64,000 nt of DNA from the IMG/VR virus record IMGVR_UViG_3300032053_011398. One strand, 5' to 3'. Both the position numbers and the translations under genes were made by a program. The notes beneath the pieces are model-generated. The model saw only the letters and a list, made by a program, of their open reading frames with translations, did not search any database and had not been told where the DNA came from. The first letter of the stretch is position 1; each line of letters begins with the position of its first letter. Below are positions 54,867 through 62,126 of this stretch, piece by piece. The stretch comes from a virus.

Positions 54867-57257
54867 ATGGAAATCACTTACGTTCCAGACCCGTCCAAAG
54901 CGGATGGGAAAGCAGTTGTCGGAGAGATTGTTACCCTCGGCACGACGGTCGTGCAGTTTTCAGGAGTGCAGCCCGTCTTCGTGACGGGCGGAACGATCCA
55001 AGCGGACATCAGCTTCACAGGAAGCTACGATGTTGACATCGGTGATGTCAAGCTTGAGGATGCGAACGGCAACTATGCGGTGATGCCTCCAGCATCCGAT
55101 GCCAAGACGGGCGCTACCAATGCCCTTGTGGTTCAAGCCGTCGATGATACTGGAACCCCTTTGCGCCAAGCCACTCAAGACGCCATCCTGAACAACCAGG
55201 GCACCCAGGCTACGGCTGCTAACCAGGCGGCGGGCAACAGCTTGCTGACGGTCATCATGAACAACCAGGGGACGCAAGCCACGGCTGAAGCAGCCGAAAT
55301 CGCTGCGTTTTCGGTGATGATGAACAACCAGGGCACATTGGCAACCTCGGCGCTCCAAACCGCAGGCAATGCGCTCCTGGAGGTCGTGATGAATAACCAG
55401 GGGACGCAAGCCACATCTGCCAATCAAAGCGCATCCAACAGTTTCCTGGCGGTTGTGATGAACAACCAGGGCACTCAGGCAACTTCAGCCCTACAAACCG
55501 CAGAAAATTCAATCTTGAGCCTGGCCGTCAACAACCAGGGCACGCAGGCCACGTCAGCCCTACAGACCGACGCCAACTCGCTGCTCACTCTGGCTACGAA
55601 CAATCAAGGGACGCAGGCGACCAGCGCCCGACAGGACACGCAGAGCAGCATCCTGAGCCTGATTCTGAACGCCCAGGGCACGCAAGGCGCAGGGGCGGGA
55701 GCAACCCAGGAAACCACTTTAGTCAGAGTGGCCAACGACCAGGGCACGCAGGCCACGTCAGCCCTACAGACCATTGGCAACACCGCACTGACTGGCATTT
55801 ACAACGCCCAGGGCACGATCCAAAGGACGGCGATTTACGGCACCAACGGAATGCCCGTTCATACGGCGGCGACGACCAATGGCGAGTATCACCTGGCCGT
55901 GGCGATGATCCAGGCAGTGTATGCCAGCACCAAGAACAACTATAGCGGCAACTTGACCGTGGGAGGAGTTTTCTACGGCACAACAGAAACCACGCTGGGG
56001 GTTGCCGCTATCCAAACGATGCTCAAGACGGATCAGAACTGCATTGTCAATGTCGATCAAAGCGGCAATGGGGGCTTCAACTGGGATACTTCGGACGCCT
56101 ACAACTATTATCACGCCTTTGGCGGAGCAAGCTGGACGACACAAGCCGTTGGCGACACCTACCGTATCAGAATTCAAAACACGGGAACGGCCACGACTAA
56201 TTATTTCCGCTCTACCGTAGCCCTGTGCCCGGTCGTCGAAGCTCTGCCAAGGGCATTGTCTGCAAATGGCAATCTTAAAGTTGATGTTAAAGAACTTGAG
56301 AGCAGCTTCGGCGTTTATGGCCAACCGGGGCGAATCACGCCTTTTGGCAATCTGCTGACGACGGGTAGTGTCCGGCTTGCGGGGGCCGCTTTTACCGACA
56401 CTCTGGACGTAAATTTTTGGGGCAGCACCGCGACAAGCACGGGAACTATTATCTTAGATGGGCGAGCCTCAATGCAGACCGGCACCGGAGCTGATGGCAC
56501 GGTGCAAGTCCTAAGCGTTCGCACCGCCCGCTATAGCGCAGCCAGCACGAATTATTTCCACGCGAGCGTTCTCATCTCCGCTATTACGGGCACAAATTTA
56601 CGGCGGTGGGGGGCTTATACCGCCAACGATGGCTGCTTTTTCGAGCACGATGGAACAAGACTTGCTCTGGTCTGCCGCAAAGGCGGAATAGATAACCGCG
56701 TCCCCAGCGGAAGCTTCAATGGCAATCTGGGCACGGTTGTTATCCCGACCAATATCCTCTATGTTTTTGAGATTCATTGGACTCAAAGTTGTGCCTGGTT
56801 CTTAATCAACGGCCAGATCGTTCACACATTTTTCGGGGATACATCGCCGCTGATGAACACCATCCACCTGCCGATCTGCGCCCAAAATAATAATTCAGGC
56901 GGCAACACAGCCAACAACCTCCTGGACATTCGCGTCATGCAGATCAGCCGGTATGGCCCACTGGAAAATGAGAAAATTTACAAGCTCATCGGTGCGAGCG
57001 GCCCTGCCGTCTTGAAGTATTCGCCGGGCCGGTTGCACCGCATCAACGTCCTGAATCCAAACTCAGGGGCCTCGACCATTGCACTTTACGACAACACTTT
57101 TCCAAGCAGCATCACAAGTATGGGCACCCTCGTCATGCCTGCGGTTGCTTCCCAGGCCAATCCGCTGCCCTACACTTTGGAGTATGCCTGCCCGTTTTTT
57201 ATTGGACTATGCGTCGTGCCATCCACGACCTCGCAGCTCCTCGTCATCTATGAGTAG
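54867..57257 (+). CDS. probable virion fibre/decoration protein with NNQGTQAT repeats and a lectin-like beta domain
   Basis: About 11 repeats of ~21 aa; FEIHW..WFLING.IVH; GTAGTTA upstream. Confidence 0.75.
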   Translation: MEITYVPDPSKADGKAVVGEIVTLGTTVVQFSGVQPVFVTGGTIQADISFTGSYDVDIGDVKLEDANGNYAVMPPASDAKTGATNALVVQAVDDTGTPLRQATQDAILNNQGTQATAANQAAGNSLLTVIMNNQGTQATAEAAEIAAFSVMMNNQGTLATSALQTAGNALLEVVMNNQGTQATSANQSASNSFLAVVMNNQGTQATSALQTAENSILSLAVNNQGTQATSALQTDANSLLTLATNNQGTQATSARQDTQSSILSLILNAQGTQGAGAGATQETTLVRVANDQGTQATSALQTIGNTALTGIYNAQGTIQRTAIYGTNGMPVHTAATTNGEYHLAVAMIQAVYASTKNNYSGNLTVGGVFYGTTETTLGVAAIQTMLKTDQNCIVNVDQSGNGGFNWDTSDAYNYYHAFGGASWTTQAVGDTYRIRIQNTGTATTNYFRSTVALCPVVEALPRALSANGNLKVDVKELESSFGVYGQPGRITPFGNLLTTGSVRLAGAAFTDTLDVNFWGSTATSTGTIILDGRASMQTGTGADGTVQVLSVRTARYSAASTNYFHASVLISAITGTNLRRWGAYTANDGCFFEHDGTRLALVCRKGGIDNRVPSGSFNGNLGTVVIPTNILYVFEIHWTQSCAWFLINGQIVHTFFGDTSPLMNTIHLPICAQNNNSGGNTANNLLDIRVMQISRYGPLENEKIYKLIGASGPAVLKYSPGRLHRINVLNPNSGASTIALYDNTFPSSITSMGTLVMPAVASQANPLPYTLEYACPFFIGLCVVPSTTSQLLVIYE

Positions 57258-58661
57258 TCAGCGCAGATCGGGAATCCAGTCCTTGCGGTCATCGGTATCG
57301 TAGCCGACGATCCGCATAGCCAGGCAGATGTCATACCAGACCAGCGCCCGGACATCGGTGCTCGAATTGCGGAGCACGTAGGCCGGGTGAAAAGTGGGAA
57401 CGAGCGGAGTGCCATCCAGGTCTTTGACGTGGCCGCGCACTTTGCTGATGGCATCGGCCTTGCCAGTCAAGCCCTGCAACGCGGTCGCCCCCAGAGCAAT
57501 GATGATCTTGGGCTGGATGATCTGGATTTGCTCCTTGAGGTAGGGGAGACAGGCTGCCATTTCCTCCGGCTCAGGCTTCCGGTTGCCTTCATCGGCATCC
57601 GGGCGGCACTTGAGCACATTGGCAATATAGACCTGATCGCGGGTGAACCCCATCAGGCGGATCACGGCGGTCAAAAATTGCCCGGCGCGGCCACAATTAT
57701 GAACTGCAAATCCATTGGCAATGAACGTGCCGCCCGTAGTTTTTATGTCAACCACATCTCGGATTCCAAGTGGCTCCTTACCTAGAACTTTCACTTGGTG
57801 CGTCTTGAATTGAGGAGGATAACGCCGGATTAAATCAAGAAACTTTGGTAATAACCTCGAAGGCTGTATCCTCCCGATAAACTCCATTTGAGCGCAAATG
57901 CCACCCGTCAGATAATGGCGCTCGCAAACAACCCCCTTATGGACTGATTCTTCCGCACGGTAACGAGTCTTGAAGCCAAGAACTTTGAGTTTTGAGAGTG
58001 CTTCTAAACAAGTCGCACCGGCATTTTGCGTGAATCCAACGCCGGTATAGCCGCTCGATTTCTTGTGGGTCACGTGGCCTTCACCGTTGTAAAATCCAGC
58101 AATCCACCCTGCATCATACGAATTATCGAATTTCCATGGAACATTAAACAGAGCTAACTGCGAACTTCGCTTTTCTCCGCAGCACATAAGCTGGCCGATG
58201 CGAAGCCAACGCCTGCCACTTTGGCCGTGATGCGTCAAAAGAGCATGATCGGCGGTTCCGGCAATATCACCAGAATTGGTCAAAATTCGGAAGACCGGCT
58301 GCCTTGAGCTGTGCGTGCTGATAACTGTCGCGCTGCCCATTCGGCGTAATGCCCGCCCGGAAGCACCAATTCCGGTTACAACCGCTTGCTCGTCAAAGGA
58401 CATTATTTGATCCCCTGGTTTTACCCCACCCAAGCTTTTCCATCTCAGGTCAGCCATTAAAACGGGAGTATCCGGCACCAAACAAAAAGGTTCGCCCAGC
58501 CGGTCTTCATCCTTGCCTGGAGCCTCGCCAACGAACATGAACTCCGCGTCGGGATCACCAGCGCCAAACACCGTTTGCGTCCTGGATTGAACCAGGTGCG
58601 GGCAGCGGCGGCACCGGATGACCCTGTATGAGAGGGCATGTAACTGTTCCTGCTTCGTAAC
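57258..58661 (-). CDS. family 4 uracil-DNA glycosylase interrupted by an intein
   Basis: CRRC, FVGEAPG..ED..GEPF|CGRAG, YIANVLKCRP, NRKP, PTFHPA; start codon uncertain. Confidence 0.9.
   Translation of the reverse strand, partial: VTKQEQLHALSYRVIRCRRCPHLVQSRTQTVFGAGDPDAEFMFVGEAPGKDEDRLGEPFCLVPDTPVLMADLRWKSLGGVKPGDQIMSFDEQAVVTGIGASGRALRRMGSATVISTHSSRQPVFRILTNSGDIAGTADHALLTHHGQSGRRWLRIGQLMCCGEKRSSQLALFNVPWKFDNSYDAGWIAGFYNGEGHVTHKKSSGYTGVGFTQNAGATCLEALSKLKVLGFKTRYRAEESVHKGVVCERHYLTGGICAQMEFIGRIQPSRLLPKFLDLIRRYPPQFKTHQVKVLGKEPLGIRDVVDIKTTGGTFIANGFAVHNCGRAGQFLTAVIRLMGFTRDQVYIANVLKCRPDADEGNRKPEPEEMAACLPYLKEQIQIIQPKIIIALGATALQGLTGKADAISKVRGHVKDLDGTPLVPTFHPAYVLRNSSTDVRALVWYDICLAMRIVGYDTDDRKDWIPDLR
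57696..58484 (-). mobile_element. 263-aa intein with LAGLIDADG-like motif
   Basis: CLVPDTPV, TADH, GWIAGFYNGEG, TFIANGFAVHN followed by Cys. Confidence 0.93.
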
Positions 58662-58679
58662 GCAGGGTAGAACGGAAAA

Positions 58680-58756
58680 CGGCGGACACGACCGGACTCG
58701 CACCGGCTGACTTCCCCGTGACAGGGGGTTGATTCGACTCCTTCATCTCCGTGTCC
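58680..58756 (-). tRNA. tRNA-Asp(GTC)
   Basis: Loop CTGTCAC, G73; ends CCG rather than CCA. Confidence 0.78.
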
Positions 58757-58758
58757 AG

Positions 58759-58846
58759 TGGTGGGAGATGCTGGTTACGCTCCAGCCGCCACTACCTGTG
58801 ATGTTGAAGGCACCAGTTTTACAGACTGGCCACAGGACCATCTCCC
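58759..58846 (-). tRNA. tRNA-Tyr(GTA) lacking a D arm
   Basis: Perfect acceptor, anticodon and T stems; loop CTGTAAA. Confidence 0.7.
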
Positions 58847-58857
58847 GTATTTAAAGC

Positions 58858-59391
58858 ATGAAATTGATCGCAGCCTTGGCGCTGGCTCTGGTTCTTTCTG
58901 GCTGTATGACGCAGCGCGGCTTTCCGCCTGAGCACCAAATTGTAAACTTCGACCGCGTGGATGACACCCTTTACCGGGGCGCTCAGCCCACGCTCAGCAG
59001 CCTGGATTACCTCAAATCTTTGGGGATCAAAAGCGTGGTCAACCTCCGAATGCCCCAGGACATCCTGCCAGGCGAACCCGCCGCCGTCAGCGCCCTGGGC
59101 ATGAGGTTCGTGAACCTGCCCATGAACGGGGTCACGGCCCCACCGCCCGCCGAGATGGACCGGATGCTCGACGTGATCGAGGCGTTGCCCGCCCCGGTCT
59201 TCATCCACTGCCAATTCGGCTGTGACCGCACGGGCACGGTGATCGCCTGCTGGCGCATCTGCCACGGCTGGCAGAACGAGGCCGCGCTCCAGGAGGCCAA
59301 GAACTACGGCATTTCGCCGCTGCTCCAGGGGATGCAAGAGCTGATTCGCACTTACGCCCGCACTGACCACAAACCGCACAAGACCCTGTAA
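58858..59391 (+). CDS. Cys-based phosphatase (DSP/PTP fold) with lipoprotein signal peptide
   Basis: LSGC lipobox; NFDRV..LYRGAQP; HCQFGCDRTG. Confidence 0.88.
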   Translation: MKLIAALALALVLSGCMTQRGFPPEHQIVNFDRVDDTLYRGAQPTLSSLDYLKSLGIKSVVNLRMPQDILPGEPAAVSALGMRFVNLPMNGVTAPPPAEMDRMLDVIEALPAPVFIHCQFGCDRTGTVIACWRICHGWQNEAALQEAKNYGISPLLQGMQELIRTYARTDHKPHKTL

Positions 59392-59446
59392 CTATTGACA
59401 TTGGCGCTAGGGCTTCTTCGGTCTCGACGACCGCCCCAGCACAAAT

Positions 59447-59520
59447 TGGCACGGAGTGGGAGTGCTGCCCTCCCCGAAGCTGGTTTTGGAGACCGGCCTG
59501 CACAAGCTGGTGCCCTCCGT
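59447..59520 (-). tRNA. tRNA-Trp(CCA)
   Basis: Loop CTCCAAA, G73. Confidence 0.72.
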
Positions 59521-59523
59521 AAA

Positions 59524-59937
59524 CTACCAAAACAGTTCCTCCAGGTCGCGTATTCCCTTCTCCTGCTGGTTCTTAGCCCGTTCAAATCTTACAGTCAAGG
59601 TGCTATGCCCTGCAAAATCATTTGGTTTAAGACATGCAACTCTATCTACCGCAGGGACATATACCAGGATAAGATCAATTTGATCGTTGGTGTATAAGTG
59701 GCTGCTGCGCTTTTTGCCGCGTTCCCTTCCTGGTCGCAATCCAATCGTAACACTACCTTTAGAATGGCTGCACCGGCTATTGACATACTTTACCTGAGCA
59801 CGCAACAGTTCTGTGCCCGTGTCGATAATAAGGTCATATCGGCATGGAATTGAAGGGCGGCTTGCGACATAGCCTTTCTCTACGGCACGAAGTTGAACGC
59901 GCAATTCTGCAATTTCACCTTTTTAATTTGGAGTCAT
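59524..59937 (-). pseudogene. PD-(D/E)XK endonuclease with in-frame TAA at codon 5
   Basis: MTPN*KGEIAE..RYDLIID..RAQVK..Y..DQID. Confidence 0.75.
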
Positions 59938-59952
59938 AGCTCCTGTAACTAC

Positions 59953-59983
59953 ACAAGCACTCTGCTAATTGAATCACCTGCTC
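59953..59983 (-). pseudogene. orphan 5' half of a tRNA
   Basis: GAGCAGG-TG-ATTC-AATTAGCA-GAGT-G-CTTGT running into the GTAGTTA motif. Confidence 0.6.
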
Positions 59984-60076
59984 AACCCACACATGATGCC
60001 AGTTGGCGGGCTGTCCGATCTTGACCGTCCCGCACCGGCAATCCGTGCGTCGGTCTCGCGTTAGAGCAGGTAAAGA

Positions 60077-60274
60077 CTAGAGTTGGTGATGATGGCGCAC
60101 GCGGCCAACTCGCGCCAGCGTGCAAAGTTTTTTAAGCCGTGATCGAAGCTGCATCAGCTCCTCGAATCGTTTCTGGTTTTTCAAGGCTTCTGAAACCAGC
60201 CGTTGTTTTTCCGCTGCGGATGGCTTGCCGATCAACCCCCGCAGCGCCAATTCAAAAAAGGCGTTATCTCTCAC
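60077..60274 (-). CDS. small hypothetical protein
   Basis: 65-aa helical ORF. Confidence 0.45.
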   Translation of the reverse strand: MRDNAFFELALRGLIGKPSAAEKQRLVSEALKNQKRFEELMQLRSRLKKLCTLARVGRVRHHHQL

Positions 60275-60316
60275 ACCTGTATATCCGCGTTGACGGCAAC
60301 TTTTCTTCGCTCAAAA

Positions 60317-60390
60317 TGGTGGAACCACGGGGAGTCGCACCCCGATCTATGCGTTGCGAACGCACCGCTCTGCTATTGAGCTATGGCCCC
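60317..60390 (-). tRNA. tRNA-Ala(CGC)
   Basis: G3-U70, loop TTCGCAA. Confidence 0.88.
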
Positions 60391-60401
60391 GTAACTAAAA
60401 G

Positions 60402-61259
60402 GTGAAACCGCGCTGCGTTTCCATTTTTCCGACCAACCGCTGCAACGCCCGGTGCTACTACTGCGCCTACCAGACGAACTACGCCCTGGCCGACGCGGAG
60501 GCGCTGTGCCGGAAAGGTGACGCGCTCAACCGCGACCTGCTGCTCAAGTTCATGGACGAGCTGCCGGTCAACAACATCGAAATCTCAGGAGGCGGCGAGC
60601 CGCTGGCGCACCCTGACTTTGCTTGGTTCGCCGGGGAGCTGGTCGCCCGCAACATCGGGGCCAAGCTCATCACCAACGGCATTCTGCTCGATGGCCCTGC
60701 CGCTGAAGCTGCGGCCAAGTTGAGCTACATTGAGCTATCGGTGAATTACTGGGACCACCGAAGCTTCGCCGAGACTCGCGGCCTGCCGGAGTTCTGGTTC
60801 GACATCGTGACGGCCAACATCATGAAACTGGCCCGGAGCAGGCCATCCTGCGTGCTGGGGGCCAAGGTGGTCCTGACCAGCCGGAACTACCCGTCGCTCC
60901 AGAAAATTCGTGAATACCTGATGCAGTTCGGGATTACCCGGCTGGTGGTCACGCCGGGCTACAGCCGCGATCCAAAAGAAGTCCCGCCGCCCGAAGTCTT
61001 CGGGCGCGACCGGTTGGCCCGCGCCAAGCCAAAGTGCCTTTGTTGCCAGCGCCAGCTCGACCATCCGGTCGTGGGCGCGGACGGCCACATCTACGCCTGC
61101 TGCTACTTCACCTACGTCCCCGGCATGAGGATCGGGAATCTGGCCGCGCAAAAGCTGGCGGACGTTCTGGACAACCCCGTCTTCGATCAGGGCCTTTGCG
61201 CCAAGGTCGAGCAGGTCATCACGGACTACCGGAACGGCGTCGTCACCGCCTTCCCCTGA
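60402..61259 (+). CDS. radical SAM protein with SPASM/twitch domain
   Basis: CNARCYYC, ISGGGEP, ITNG, DGHIYACC..IGNL. Confidence 0.92.
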   Translation: MKPRCVSIFPTNRCNARCYYCAYQTNYALADAEALCRKGDALNRDLLLKFMDELPVNNIEISGGGEPLAHPDFAWFAGELVARNIGAKLITNGILLDGPAAEAAAKLSYIELSVNYWDHRSFAETRGLPEFWFDIVTANIMKLARSRPSCVLGAKVVLTSRNYPSLQKIREYLMQFGITRLVVTPGYSRDPKEVPPPEVFGRDRLARAKPKCLCCQRQLDHPVVGADGHIYACCYFTYVPGMRIGNLAAQKLADVLDNPVFDQGLCAKVEQVITDYRNGVVTAFP

Positions 61260-61265
61260 ACAAAC

Positions 61266-61372
61266 TGGCGCGGGAGTGGGCCGTCAGCCCACCTGACCAC
61301 GCTGGTCGCGTCAAAACAGCGGCTTGGCGTCTGCCCCTGGTGTAGGACGCTTGGCGAAGCCTTCGCTCCCGC
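61266..61372 (-). ncRNA. unclassified tRNA-like RNA (107 nt)
   Basis: GCGGGA/TCCCGC stem plus GCCA end stacked on a T-like hairpin; extra arms. Confidence 0.55.
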
Positions 61373-61378
61373 AAAAAT

Positions 61379-61454
61379 TGGTGGAAGTGAAGGGACTCGC
61401 ACCCTCAACCCCCTGCTTGCAAGGCAGGCGCTCTACTAATTGAGCTACACCCCC
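61379..61454 (-). tRNA. tRNA-Ala(TGC)
   Basis: G3-U70, loop CTTGCAA. Confidence 0.9.
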
Positions 61455-61459
61455 GAAAT

Positions 61460-61533
61460 TGGAGCGGGTGAGCGGTAACGATCCGCCGTATCAGCGTTGG
61501 CAACGCCGCGCTCTGCCATTGAGCTACACCCGC
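61460..61533 (-). tRNA. tRNA-Gly(GCC)
   Basis: Loop TTGCCAA, U73. Confidence 0.88.
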
Positions 61534-61535
61534 AT

Positions 61536-61612
61536 TGGGGCGAACGAGGAGATTTGCACTCCCAACGGTCGGACTCACAATCCGAGGCTCTGCTAATTGA
61601 GCTACGTTCGCC
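61536..61612 (-). tRNA. tRNA-His(GTG)
   Basis: G-1/C73, loop TTGTGAG. Confidence 0.88.
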
Positions 61613-61800
61613 ACTCTGAAAATCAAAGCCCCACGGCCTCCACCTATGCTCGTGGATTGGGCCGTGGGGCATTTCAACAAAGAACAACACACTTCCATCA
61701 AGATTTCCACTGGTCTCCCAGTCTTGAAGCCACAGCATTCACGGTGGTCGTTTACCGGATTATCGGCCCGGCTCTCGGCTCCATCCGGAGCATGTGTGCT

Positions 61801-61845
61801 TAAAACTGAAAACCCCCGCACTCTTTCGGGTAGCGGGGGTTTTCA
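61801..61845 (-). terminator. attenuator terminator upstream of the first tRNA
   Basis: TGAAAACCCCCGC..GCGGGGGTTTTCAGTTTT. Confidence 0.8.
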
Positions 61846-61861
61846 AAATCTGGTTGGTCCG

Positions 61862-62002
61862 CTACCCTACTACCTCACCTGGTTCGCGTGTGCTACGGGT
61901 GGCAAAGCACAACGACGTGCCAGTATCCCACCCTTGGGCCAGGGCAGAATACTGCGCCCAGCTATTGGCAGGTTTCGCTGACACGCTATGCAACTTCATC
62001 AT
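61862..62002 (-). CDS. putative 46-aa leader peptide of the tRNA array
   Basis: MMKLHSVSAKPANSWAQYSALAQGWDTGTSLCFATRSTREPGEVVG*; ATG 7 nt after the -10 box; stop within the antiterminator strand. Confidence 0.65.
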   Translation of the reverse strand: MMKLHSVSAKPANSWAQYSALAQGWDTGTSLCFATRSTREPGEVVG

Positions 62003-62009
62003 CGCGGTG

Positions 62010-62038
62010 AGTCTAAATCGTTTTCGTAAACGGTGCAA
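62010..62038 (-). promoter_or_regulatory. sigma70-type promoter of the tRNA array
   Basis: TTGCAC-N17-TAGACT with phased A-tracts upstream. Confidence 0.75.
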
Positions 62039-62126
62039 GAACTTTCACAACTTTTTAGCAACTTTTTAGCAACTTTTTTCGTAAACACAAACCACTGGGC
62101 CACAACGAGGAGCAACGAATACGCGC

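Noticed and set aside
55180-55820. CRISPR-like periodic repeat AACAACCAGGG
   Set aside because: In-frame protein repeat with synonymous variation; no cas genes
61711-61745. CTTCAAG resembling a tRNA-Sec anticodon loop
   Set aside because: No pairing anticodon stem, T arm or acceptor stem
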